The notes: generated by a model from the letters alone, not told the origin. Numbered from the stretch's first letter, positions 40,850 to 51,252 are shown. The stretch is DNA of 64,000 nucleotides from an uncultured Acidimicrobiaceae bacterium (GCA_963718405.1 CAVQYZ010000004.1:66798-130797); one strand, 5' to 3'. Numbers and translations: made by a program.

Positions 40850-41367
40850 TGGATCGAGACGAGATCGAAGGCGCTCTCCGTGAGCTCGCCGAGGAGTTGG
40901 ACGAACGGGGCATCGTCGCACGGATCTACCTCGTCGGGGGTGCCGCCATGGTTCTGGCTTATCAGTCGAGGTTCTCGACCGATGACGTGGACGCGTCCGG
41001 CTACCCGACCGATGAGGTACTGGCTGTATCTCTGGATGTCGCCGAACGGCGAGGTCTGAGACCCAACTGGCTCGACGACTCTGTGAAGGTGTACATCCCG
41101 GTGGCCAGCGAGCCCGAATGGAGGCCGGTCATCAAAGTGGGAAGCGTCGAAATCGTCGTGGCTGATGAGCGCACACTTTTGGCCATGAAGTTGCGTGCAA
41201 GTAGGGGGAGGCGGGATGAAGCGGACATAGAGTTCCTGCTTGACAAGTGCCGGATCGCTTCGATCGACGAGGCGCTAGCACTGTACGAGGAGTATTTCCC
41301 GGAGGATGCCCTTCCTCCCCGGGCGATCCCTATCCTCCGTCATGCACTGGGCGAGTTGGGCAACTAG
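40849..41367 (+). CDS. minimal nucleotidyltransferase-fold protein (DUF6036 / AbiEii-like)
   Basis: Pol-beta NTase signature LVGGAAMVLAYQSRFSTDDVDA (GG...DxD). Size 172 aa. Confidence 0.6.
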   Translation: MDRDEIEGALRELAEELDERGIVARIYLVGGAAMVLAYQSRFSTDDVDASGYPTDEVLAVSLDVAERRGLRPNWLDDSVKVYIPVASEPEWRPVIKVGSVEIVVADERTLLAMKLRASRGRRDEADIEFLLDKCRIASIDEALALYEEYFPEDALPPRAIPILRHALGELGN

Positions 41368-41584
41368 TAAGACGTGCGCCCAGCGTTCGCATAGCTATTT
41401 TCGTCCGGGACGATGACTTCGACCGAACGACTCGGCGCTGCGGTCTCTTCTTGATGTGGACAGCGCCTACTAACCCGCGTCGCCCAGGGCCCCCGTGGAA
41501 GGGATCTCAGCAGATGCGGCTGAGACCGTCACAGACGCATGGCTCGTCATCAAATGTCGGCCTTCTGCGGAGTAGATTTCGGGG

Positions 41585-43204
41585 ATGAAGTCCTTCAGGG
41601 TCGGCCCACGTTCATGGTGGCGGGTGGCTCCGGCCATCAGCGCAATCGTCCTGCTCGTCGTTGGTGGCGCAGTGATGACGAGCGACGCGGTGGCATCGTC
41701 GGCCCAGACCCCCGTCGGGCACGTCGAGTCCGGAACCCCCGGTCCGGATTCCGTGACGGCGTTCGGTGCGGCCACCGCTGTGCCGGGTACGAGGCTGAGC
41801 GGCTTGGCCGCCCCACTCGTGGGAATGGCGGCGACCCCGAACGGCCGCGGGTACTGGCTGGTGGCCGCGGACGGTGGGGTCTTCGCCTACGGGGAGGCGG
41901 CCTTCGAGGGATCCACCGGGGGGATCCCCCTGAATGCACCGATCGTGGGCATGGCCGCTACGCCTGACGGCCGGGGCTATTGGCTGGTGGCCGCCGACGG
42001 TGGGGTTTTCGCCTTCGGTGACGCCGTCTTCGAGGGTTCCATGGGTGGTCGTCCGCTCAACCAACCGATTGTCGGAATGACCGCCTCACCTACCGGCCGC
42101 GGCTACTGGCTGGTGGCCGCCGACGGAGGCATCTTCTCCTTCGGGGACGCCCACTTCGAGGGCTCGATGGGGGGTACCCCACTCAACGAACCGGTTGTCG
42201 GAATGGCCGCGTCGCCCAAAGGGATTGGCTACTGGCTGGTGGCCGCCGACGGAGGCATTTTCTCCTTCGGGGACGCCGCGTTCGAGGGTTCGATGGGGGG
42301 TACACGACTCAACGAACCGGTTGTCGGAATGGCCGCATCGCCCAAGGGAATTGGCTACTGGCTGGTGGCCGCCGACGGAGGCATCTTCTCCTTCGGGGAC
42401 GCCCCGTTCGAAGGATCTGACGGGGGTACGCCTAAGAACGCTCCCGCTATCGGTATCGCCGGTCGGCAGGGTGGATACTGGATCGCCTACGGTGCCGACG
42501 CCGGGGCGCAGATGATCCAAGCGATCGCCACCTACGTCGCCACTCGGGCCGACAATGTGACCGCGGCCGTAGAGGACCTGGCGACCGGTCAGATCTACCA
42601 GTTTCGGCCCGGAGTAGTCGAGAATACTGCGAGCACGGTGAAGGTCGACATCTTGGCCACTCTGCTGGCCCAGGCCCAGGCCGCCGGGGGGCCGCTCACA
42701 CCTGTGCAGCAAAGCCTGGTGGTCCCGATGATCGAGGAGAGCCTGGACAGCGCGGCCGACACCCTCTGGTCCGCCCTCGGACCTGGTGCCATCGGTGCGT
42801 TCGAACGCCAAGCCGGCCTGACCTCGACGGTGCCGGCTGGCGATGGTGTGTGGGGGACCACGACCACCACGGCACTCGACCGGCTGGCCATGATCCGGAC
42901 CCTGGTGGAGCCCAACTCACTGCTTACCGATGCGTCACGTGCCTACATCCTCAACCTGATGGAGAACATCACCCCCTCCCAAGACTGGGGGGCGACCGGT
43001 GGCGTACCCCCAGGGGTCACCGTGGCACTCAAGAACGGGTTCGCCGTCATCGACGGGTGGCAGATCAATACCACTGGCTGGGTCAGCGGTGCCGGCCGTA
43101 ACTACCTGATAGCCATGCTGACAAACGGAAACGCGTCCGAGCAGTACGGCATCGACACTGTCGATGGTGTGTCCGCTCTCGTCTGGAACGCGCTTGGGTC
43201 CTGA
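41585..43204 (+). CDS. secreted protein: 42-aa GYWLVAADGGVF repeats + class A beta-lactamase-like serine hydrolase domain
   Basis: N-terminal anchor WWRVAPAISAIVLLVVGGAV. Five and a half repeats. C-terminal domain has ASTVK (SxxK), a possible SxN-equivalent within SLDSAAD, and VALKNGF (KTG-like). Confidence 0.75.
   Translation: MKSFRVGPRSWWRVAPAISAIVLLVVGGAVMTSDAVASSAQTPVGHVESGTPGPDSVTAFGAATAVPGTRLSGLAAPLVGMAATPNGRGYWLVAADGGVFAYGEAAFEGSTGGIPLNAPIVGMAATPDGRGYWLVAADGGVFAFGDAVFEGSMGGRPLNQPIVGMTASPTGRGYWLVAADGGIFSFGDAHFEGSMGGTPLNEPVVGMAASPKGIGYWLVAADGGIFSFGDAAFEGSMGGTRLNEPVVGMAASPKGIGYWLVAADGGIFSFGDAPFEGSDGGTPKNAPAIGIAGRQGGYWIAYGADAGAQMIQAIATYVATRADNVTAAVEDLATGQIYQFRPGVVENTASTVKVDILATLLAQAQAAGGPLTPVQQSLVVPMIEESLDSAADTLWSALGPGAIGAFERQAGLTSTVPAGDGVWGTTTTTALDRLAMIRTLVEPNSLLTDASRAYILNLMENITPSQDWGATGGVPPGVTVALKNGFAVIDGWQINTTGWVSGAGRNYLIAMLTNGNASEQYGIDTVDGVSALVWNALGS
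41810..42439 (+). repeat. five tandem in-frame 126-nt coding repeats
   Basis: Units start at 41810, 41936, 42062, 42188 and 42314. Units 4 and 5 differ at about 5 of their first 95 nt. Confidence 0.8.
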
Positions 43205-43406
43205 TTGGAGACCGATCTGATCTTTGATCGCCGGCCATATAGCTAGTCGTGGGGGCGTGCTGCACAGCTCAATTGGTTTGCACTCGGAGCGCTTGCTGAT
43301 CCCCAAGACTGGATGATCAGCGCAGGAGTTCTCAGCCGGTGCAGCTGAGGGCAATGCAGCGTGGTGTACTCACGATGTTGCCGTGATTTGGCCATTTCCC
43401 ATCCAT

Positions 43407-43613
43407 CTACCGATGTCCGCCGGTGACCAGCAGAAGCAGGTCGATAAGGGCGAATGCCGTGGTGCTGATCATGATGGTGCGGACGATCCATCGGTTCACC
43501 CGGGAACCAGGGGAGCGGCCCGAGCTGCCGCCGCTTCGGAGGTGAGATGGAGTGTGCCGGTAGGTCTGGTCTACTAACTGCACTCGGATGGTGGAACCGT
43601 GGGTGTCGGTCAT
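43407..43613 (-). CDS. small hypothetical membrane protein, translationally coupled
   Basis: The ATG at 43613 overlaps the TGA of the upstream membrane-protein gene (ATGA). C-terminal TM IVRTIMISTTAFALIDLLLLV. GC-rich third codon positions. Confidence 0.35.
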   Translation of the reverse strand: MTDTHGSTIRVQLVDQTYRHTPSHLRSGGSSGRSPGSRVNRWIVRTIMISTTAFALIDLLLLVTGGHR

Positions 43614-44704
43614 CTGTCACTCAACTCCTGAATGGGAACATGCCCGAGGGCTGCGGTCGAATCGGGAGCATCGTTTCCGCCGCCGTCAGCCAGCTCCGAC
43701 GGCGCGCTCCACAGCCGAACGGCCTCGCGGCCGAGTACCAGTAAGACCAGTGCCAACGCCATGATCCACGAGACCGACTCCATCTGTCGCCCTCGGAGCA
43801 GCTGCACCCCGGTGACGGCCAGCACAACGAGCACGGGGGCATAGGGGGCGACCAGAGAGACCGTCGACGCCTCGGTGCCTTGGTGGGGGGGCGATGGGCA
43901 GGTCAGGGCCCAGAGCGCTCCGAGCCCGATCAACAGGTATCCAGCCACCCACCCTGTGTCAAGAAAGTTCCCTCCCGAGTAGCTGTTCAATTCGGTGAGA
44001 TAGGTGAACGAACTGTCCGCTACAGCAAAGGCAAACACCCCGGCCATGACCAGGGCCAAGGAAACTCTTACCGGCCGGCCACCCCGGGCGATGAGGATGA
44101 CAACCAGCGAAACCATAACCACATCGCTCATCGGATAAGCGAGTGAGATCGTTTGCTTGAGGAGACTTCCATGGTGTGACCGGTAGAGCGGACCGAGCAC
44201 CGTCACCCAGCTGGCAAACAACAACGAGGTAGCGATGATGCACCCGTCCAGTACCTGTTGGAACCGGTCAGCTCTGCTCGCCGCACTTCCCGGGACGAGA
44301 AGCAGAGCTGCGAAGGCCAGGGGAACGGCCGCCAGGAAGCCGACGTCGGCTAGCGAGGGGAACGGTACGGGCGTGTTCCGCACTAGCGCGAAGTAGCACC
44401 AGACGGCCTCCCCGGCGCCCCAGGCAAAGCTCGAGGCAGCGAACAGTGCCCAGGTCGCTCGACCTGTGGACACCCGGTATGCCGCCACCCCACAGACGAG
44501 TGTCGCTATCCACGCAGCCACCAACTGGCCGATGTCGTCGACGCAGAGCGATGTCCACGCGCCGCCCAACCCGGCGACCACCCAGAACAGGAATACAAGA
44601 GTGGCCACGGCTGACACGCCGGTGCCCAGGATGAAGGTCCGGTATCTGGTCAAACCGATGGAAGGAAGTGCGGTCATCAACGTCTCATCGGCAGATGGGT
44701 GCAT
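43610..44704 (-). CDS. polytopic membrane protein (about 10 TM) with no output domain
   Basis: Intact 364-aa ORF. Its hydrophobic segments resemble the membrane sensor modules that precede GGDEF or kinase domains in actinobacteria. No cytoplasmic domain is present. Confidence 0.6.
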   Translation of the reverse strand: MHPSADETLMTALPSIGLTRYRTFILGTGVSAVATLVFLFWVVAGLGGAWTSLCVDDIGQLVAAWIATLVCGVAAYRVSTGRATWALFAASSFAWGAGEAVWCYFALVRNTPVPFPSLADVGFLAAVPLAFAALLLVPGSAASRADRFQQVLDGCIIATSLLFASWVTVLGPLYRSHHGSLLKQTISLAYPMSDVVMVSLVVILIARGGRPVRVSLALVMAGVFAFAVADSSFTYLTELNSYSGGNFLDTGWVAGYLLIGLGALWALTCPSPPHQGTEASTVSLVAPYAPVLVVLAVTGVQLLRGRQMESVSWIMALALVLLVLGREAVRLWSAPSELADGGGNDAPDSTAALGHVPIQELSDR

Positions 44705-45872
44705 TTATATAATAAATTCCCGAAATGACTTCGAAATATAAATTCTTGGAGAATATCGTTCGAACTCTTCACAATTAGTGATTCGGCCTCGACCCGCATA
44801 AATAGCCCTAATTGCGATCCCCCTTTCTCCTATACCGACGGTGACAATAGGTTCTCCCAGACAACCGACGCTGATCCGTGTCTGCGACCTGGCTGGGCGG
44901 TGGGGCAGTCGCCCCGAAAACTGCACACCATAAACAAGGGCGGTGACAGCGACAACGAGATCCTCAATAGATAAACGAACAAAATACAAGAATCTGAGCC
45001 ATGTGGACCAGTTGCACAAATAGGTGATGGTAAAAAAGAGATGGGCCTGCACGGAGATTGTGAACATTTACTTGGATTCTGATCATTCGAAATACCCAGG
45101 CCTGCAGGCTGCGAGTGTGTGTAGCGGACGACGATCTGATCGACTTCGTCCGATTGCCTCAAAAGCTGAGTGGATGGCCTGAGCGAGAGGTCAAGAGCAG
45201 GGCGCGGTTCCAATCGTCATGATCCGGAAGGACCGGGTGTCACGTCGTCGCCGCGCTCGCCCTCACGGTCCTATGCCGGGCCCCCCTGAGTGGCTCGGCG
45301 CTGGTTTGATCGCTCGTGCGACCGACTATCAAGGGCTCGGGACCGACGGGATCCACCAGTGCCCCGTGAACGTGACCAATGCCCTTGACGCACCGGCAGT
45401 AGTGCACGCGGTCCGCCAGACGGACGCCGGAGCTGGCACAGAGGTCTCCGTTGCGGTTGGTCCCAGGGTGATGATTCCACCACAGCTGTGTGTCCGAACT
45501 CGGTAACGAATACTCCGGAGTTCACGATTCTCATTCGAGCACCACCGGCGGACTCTGTATCTTTCAAGTGGCCGGCATGAGCTGGCTGCTCTGCGCAACC
45601 AGGTTGCAAAGTCCCGGCCGGAGCCAGAGCCCACATCAGCACGTCGGAGCAACTACATGGACGACGATCCGACCCCCGTGGCGTATGACGTTTCCGGCGC
45701 CCGGGCCACCGGAATGCCCTGCGTGCACGCCGTCCCCGTTGACCGTAAGGGGGCCATTCGTCAGGCCCGGTCGTCGGAGCTACGCTGGCTGCTCAGCGAC
45801 GGCGCTTCATCTGCAGTGCCGTCCCGGGGTGCCCATGCTGCGGGAGCAGGGACACATACGAGGAGGCGGGAG

Positions 45873-48800
45873 ATGTCGGGAAGAATCCGGAGGGCCGGTG
45901 CAGTGCTGGGGTCGCTGCTATGCCTGATATCGGTCACCGCGGTAACGGTCGTAGCGGGGTCGGTGGACGCGCACGCCCAGGGCACATCCCAACTCGACCT
46001 GAAGGTATTGCTGATCGGGGAGAGCAGTAGCGACCCGGTCACCCAGGCCTGGGAGAACCAGTTGACCACCGAGGGCGTCCCCTACACCTTGGTCCTCCCC
46101 GGACCCAACGATTCAGCCTCAATCACCCTGCCTCCGCTGGTGGATCCGAACAACCCTGAGCACGGCTACTACGACGGAGTTGTTCAGATCCCCTCGATCT
46201 ACCAGTTCGCCTGGGGAACGCTTTATCCGGTCTTCAGCTACGAGAGTGAGTTTGGCATCCGTCAGATTGACGGGTATGTCTACCCCGTGGCGGCCATCCA
46301 GGGGATCACGCCCGACGGCGGCGCCTCCAATGAACTGGGGTCGACCACCGCCACCCTGACGGCAGACGGCCTGGCTGCCTTCCCGGCCCTGGCCGGCCCC
46401 GTTCCGCTCGATGCCGACAGCTACGGGTATCCCTCGACCGTCGACGCCAGCAATGGAGACACAGTTACCCCCCTTCTCCAGACCGCAGGCGGCGACACCC
46501 TGATGGCCCTCGACCAGCACGGGCCGAACAGCGTCACCGGCCAGGACAACGTGAGCGAGCTCTCCATCACCTTCGACTACAACAGCACCTACAGCTCGTG
46601 GCTCGTACTCGCCCCGAGTCTGATCGACTGGGTGACCGACGGCGTCCACCTCGGCTGATCGCGCAACTACGTCGAGATGGACATCGACGACACTTTCACG
46701 CCCGATGACGCCTGGAGCACCGCCACCCACTCCAACGACTACACCGACGCCGACGCGCTGCGGATGCAGCCGGCCGACGTCGTCAACGCCGCCCAGTGGT
46801 CGCAGGCCAACGACTTCCGGATGGACCAGCTGTTCAACGGCGGCGGCAGCGTGGCCTACCAGGCCGACGGGGATGGCGTCGCCCCGGCCGGCCCGGATCC
46901 CGCTGCTGGCCGAGTTCCAGGCGACCGATCCCACCACCGGCAAGCCCTACGCCGACGACTTCGGCTGGATCAGCCACACCTACGACACGCCCGTATCTGG
47001 ACGTGGGCTGCGCGACCCAGAACTACATCGAGGCCGAGCTCAACGAGAACACCAACTGGGCGGCGGCCGCCCCGGGAGCAACGCCGGGGACCGGCGGCCT
47101 CGGGCTGACCGAGATCGACGACACCAGCGATGCTCTCGGCGCCGAGAACCCCCAGGTCTTCGTGCCCGGCAACCACTCGGGCCTCGCCGACCTGGTGCCC
47201 GGGAACCCGGCGACGGTCGATCCGCCCGATCTCGACCCGGAGACCGTGAACGCCGACGGCGGGACGCTGGCTGCCGGCACCTACCAGTACGCGGTCACCG
47301 ACCAGTTCAAGGCGCCGACTCCCCGAGCGCCGACCAGTCGGCCGGCGTATGTCACCGCGCCCATCGACGGTGCCCGCCGGCGGCTCGGTGTCGCTGGTCT
47401 GGCAGGCCATCTGCCATGCGGCCAACTACCTGATCTACCGGGAGGTCGCCGGCACGAACAACTGGTCGCTGATCGGCAACCTGCGCCACCCCGTCCTCGG
47501 CCACCCTGCCCGACAACAGCTCCGGTGAACCCGGCCTCGACCACCGACGTGACCGGCGGCGGTGAGCTCGAGCTGACCTTCACCGACACCGGCACCGCCG
47601 GCACGGCAGAGCACGCAGGCTGGACTCCGCCGACCGTCCGAGAACGCCAACGAGTCCCCTGGGAGCAGAACCCCTACTTCATCCCCGCCCTCGAGGCGGT
47701 CGGGATCACCGCGGTCGGGCGACGACGCCTCCAAGGCCTACCCCGATCCGCCCGACGACGCAGTTCGGGATCGGGACCACCTACACCGGGGCCGAGTACC
47801 CGGCCGGGACAACCTTCCTCGACGGCACAGCCCAGGTCGTGCCCCGCCACCCGATCAACATCTACTACAACGTCTCGACCGAGGCCCAGGAGGTCGACGA
47901 GTACAACACGCTCTACCTGGCTGTCGCCGACGGCGGTGGACTGCGTCGACACGCTCGACCACGACCTGTCGGACCACGCCGGCGACCTTCGCCGACATCG
48001 TGAACAGCGTCGTCTCGGGCATGTTCCAGAACATGTTGAGCAACGACCCGCGAGCCGAGCTACGTCCACCAGACCAACATCATGGGCGAGCCTCCGCCCG
48101 GGACCGACCGACCTCAGGCACCCCGCCGAGCCACGCCCGACACGACCGGTGACGGGCTGCTCTACTCGGTGCTCAACCCGCTGCTGGCCGAGTACAGCAG
48201 CGAGTTCACTGGTCTAGCGCCCTACCAGCAGGCCACCTTGGGCCAGATCGGCGCTATCGAGAGAGAGAAGACTGCGTGGGCCGCGGCCGTGGCCGCGGGC
48301 ACGGTGACCGCGTCCGAACAGGGTGGTGTAATCAGCGTGACCAACAACAGCTCGACGTCCCTCGAGGTGCCCCTGAGCGCACCGCTCGGTTCGACGATCC
48401 ACGACAAATCTGTGGGGTCGCAGTACGGGTCCACCACCTCGGGCTGGGAGTCGGTGGCCCCTGGTGGCACGCTGACCGCGTACACGGTACCGACCGCGCC
48501 CGCCATCACCAGCGGTGACTCGGTGACGGCCACTGCCGGGTCGCCGCTCTTCTTCGAGGTGACCACCACCGGGGCCCCAGACCCCGGGCTCACGGAGGCC
48601 GGCCGCCTGCCGGCCGGGATCACCTTCACCCAAGGCGGGCAAGGCACGGCCGTGCTGAGCGGCGTGGCTGCGTCCGGCTCCGGTGGCGTCTATCACTTCA
48701 CCATCACCGCCGATAACGGCGTTGGGTCGGCCGTCGTCCAGGATTTCACGCTGACCGTCAATGCGGCCCCGAGGTTCGTGTCAGCAGCCAGTACGAGCTT

Positions 48801-49293
48801 CACCCTCGGCCATACCCGTTCGTTCGAGGTGGTGGCCCACGGGTATCCGACACCGACGATGTCCACCGAGGGCGTCCTCCCTGCGGGCCTCTCATTCAGC
48901 GCCGGCCCCGATGGCACCGCCACCCTCCACGGTAGTCCGACCAGGACGGGCAAGAGCACCTTCACGGTGGTGGCCACCAACCCGGTCGGCATAGCCCACC
49001 AGACCTTGAACGTGAACGTTGTGAGCCTGCCCACGGTCAAGGTCGCCACCGGAGTGACGGCCTCAGTCGGACGGGCACTGCTAGTAGTGGCGACAACGGG
49101 AGGGGTACCGGCTCCGACCCTCACCGAGTCGGGCGCCCTGCCTGCTGGAATTGTCTACAAGTTCCGGGCCGGACGTGGAGAGCTCACAGGCGTCCCCGCT
49201 CGCGGATCGGAAGGCACCTACACGGTGACGTTCACCGCCACCAATTTGGCGGGCCGGACCACGGCGAAGATGACGCTGACCGTCAATAGTTGA
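45873..49293 (+). pseudogene. giant secreted protein gene, decayed: signal peptide, possible metal-dependent polysaccharide-deacetylase-like core, three He_PIG-type Ig-like repeats
   Basis: AGGAGG plus ATG at 45873. Signal AGAVLGSLLCLISVTAVTVVAGSVDAHA. In-frame TGA at 46656. The sequence then hops frames (near 46880, 46990, 47310, 47450, 47740, 47950, 48060 and others). The last 400 aa (48082-49293) are intact, with LPAG(I/L)(T/S)F...G.LSG.P...GTYT.T repeats. Confidence 0.7.
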
Positions 49294-49547
49294 CCTCGGC
49301 GTCGTCCAGACGCGTCGCAGGTGCAGGTGCCGTTACAACTGTGCCGGCCTACAGCGCCACTGGAGTTCGAGCAATTGACTGTTCGGCTCCGACCCCCGTG
49401 ATTGACGAAGACATGCTTCGTCGGCTCACCTCCAACAGGCATCTCACGATGCCGAGCGCGCCCACGTAAACCTGTTCCCAAGCTGACACCTCGGCGATGG
49501 ATCTGCTGCACCTCATCGTCGCGGCCGGACCACCCGGCCAAGCCGTA

Positions 49548-49568
49548 CCTCAGCTGATGCAGCTGAGG
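49548..49568. repeat. perfect hairpin CCTCAGCTG-atg-CAGCTGAGG
   Basis: 9-bp stem in the non-coding stretch after the giant gene. Member of the CCTCAG...CTGAGG family. Confidence 0.6.
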
Positions 49569-49736
49569 CAAATTTAACCGGTGCGAACTTCCGCGGCGCC
49601 TCCCTGGAGGAGTCCAACTTCAACTGAGGTGGCCTTTTCGTTCGGACGGAATCATCCTGGCAATGACTTGCCCTTCAACTTCAATGGGCCCAGGTGTATC
49701 AAACGCGATCCAACGACTCCGGCTACCACTTTTGTC

Positions 49737-51252
49737 TCACGTCGTTGCGAGAACTCGTTCCCGCCACCGTCGAAGGCTCATAACATCAAACCGCTCTCCC
49801 TCGAACGCAATAGACTTCACCGGCCACTCCCCTTGAGATCGACGCTGACGCAGCAGATCCCGAACCTCCATCCACTCAATGGACCCGGAGGAATCTCGGA
49901 TGACCAGCATGACAGGATATGCCTGATCTGCCCAGTAGTCTCCATGCCGAGATTACTGATTCGAAGAAGTTCGAAGGTCCTGGTCTTTCGAGATTTAAGG
50001 TGTGAGCGCCGGACTTAATTGAAGGTACAGCCTCTCTCCTGTGGCTTGTCCCGCATCATTTTTGAACTTATCTTCCATATCGATCCCCCAGTCGCTTACC
50101 GTTACCTCCTTGCTAGCTGATTCGCTCGGGCAGCAACCGCAACAACCTCGCCCACGAGTATGCGCTCTTTGCTCTCCGTATCTAGAACCACCTGCGCCGC
50201 TTCGCGGAGGGCCTCGACCTGGGCTCTGAGTTCTGGACTGGCGAGTTGATCCTCTATCTCATCCCAAAGTGGGAATTCGATGGTCGCAGAGACCACATCC
50301 AATGTCCTGCTTGCCGTCCAGAAGTCTTCTGAGAGCAATCTCACGATTTTCGTTTGGCGTACCACATTTGCTGCAATATCGTGCCGTAATCGCGCCCACA
50401 TTATCCGCATATTTAAGTAAATGGGTATACACGTATCGTGCAAATAAAACGCAGTCACCAATTGATGTATTGAGATCGCTATATATCTCAAGGGATCCAG
50501 TTCCATCCGACTTATGTGTGAGCCTGAGCCCGACACCAGAACCAGTTGCTGTGACAAAATCGGCAGCATTTCGCCAGATACCCTTACTGCTAAAGGGTTC
50601 CGTGTAGTGGAGTCTAGCAACGAGTGTGGCGTAGATCTCTTCAAGGGGCCCCGAAAATCGGTAGCTCACGAAATAGGCTGGCTCTCCGTTCGATCGGGCC
50701 GCTCTCTCCGAAAGTAGCTGGGGAAGACCAACAGCGTCGATCGCTTTCCATTGGGGTCCTGGTCCCTAAAGCAAATAGGGTACTCTACCAGCTGCTTATG
50801 CAAACCCAGGAGAATGATCCGCTCGTCGTCCTCTTCGACTCGTTGAAAGTCGGGTGGAAAGTTGAAACCCCCGTAAGCACCCGCTCCTCTGTAATCGAAC
50901 CCCGCTCCTTGGATCATCGTGCAAGCTTCTAATAACGGCTTGTGCATCCGAGCGCTTGAGAAGATCGGCCTTGAGCAGAATATATCCACCGAAGTCAAGA
51001 GGTAAGACAGCCCGCCGGGCCAGACAATCGAACGACCGCATCGAGTTGAGCCGGTTCGAAGGGTCCAGTAATACCAGGTAACCAATCGCCAAGCTCTTTG
51101 ACAGACGTAAGTAATCGACCGCTGTCTTTCAGCTTCATTATTTCAGCCCTGAGACGCTTGAATATCTCCGGTGTAGTGCGCCATGGGATGGCACTCCAAT
51201 CGATAGTCTCGGCAATAGCAGCTCGAAGTTCAGAACATCCGTCGGAATACAT
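49737..51252 (-). pseudogene. remnant of a large STAND/ROCO-type gene: COR-like region + Zn-ribbon + DUF4365 (PD-(D/E)xK-like) C-terminal domain
   Basis: Pieces in at least 5 frames: AIAETIDWSAIPW..FKRLRAEIMKLK; ILLGLHKQLVEYPICF..STLLVFPSYFRRERPD; SYRFSGPLEEIYATLVARLHY..GIWRNAADF; CSKCG...CGLCDHRIP; DWGIDMEDKFKNDAGQATGERLYLQL; DYWADQAYPVMLVIRDSSGSIEWMEVRDLL...IAFEGERFD, ending at the TGA at 49737. Confidence 0.5.

Noticed and set aside
44705-45067. 120-aa minus-strand ORF in the AT-rich patch whose TAA abuts the ATG of the membrane-protein gene.
   Set aside because: The composition is atypical and I recognise no family. In AT-rich DNA, an ORF of this size with a hydrophobic start arises easily by chance. 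It is noted only in the finding on this locus.
45271-45652. Minus-strand fragments reading LWWNHHPGTNRNGDLCASSGVRLADRVHYCRC, vaguely like an HNH nuclease (HH...N...LC).
   Set aside because: The motif match is loose. The frame has no start and is interrupted, and the overlapping listed ORFs are low-complexity. There is not enough to call even a pseudogene.
49544-49627. Pentapeptide-repeat-like peptide ADAAEANLTGANFRGASLEESNFN ending at a TGA.
   Set aside because: Only about 4 repeat units are present, there is no start codon, and the upstream in-frame sequence is not protein-like. It also runs through the perfect hairpin at 49548-49568. At best it is a gene fragment, and it is mentioned only as part of the low-GC block.
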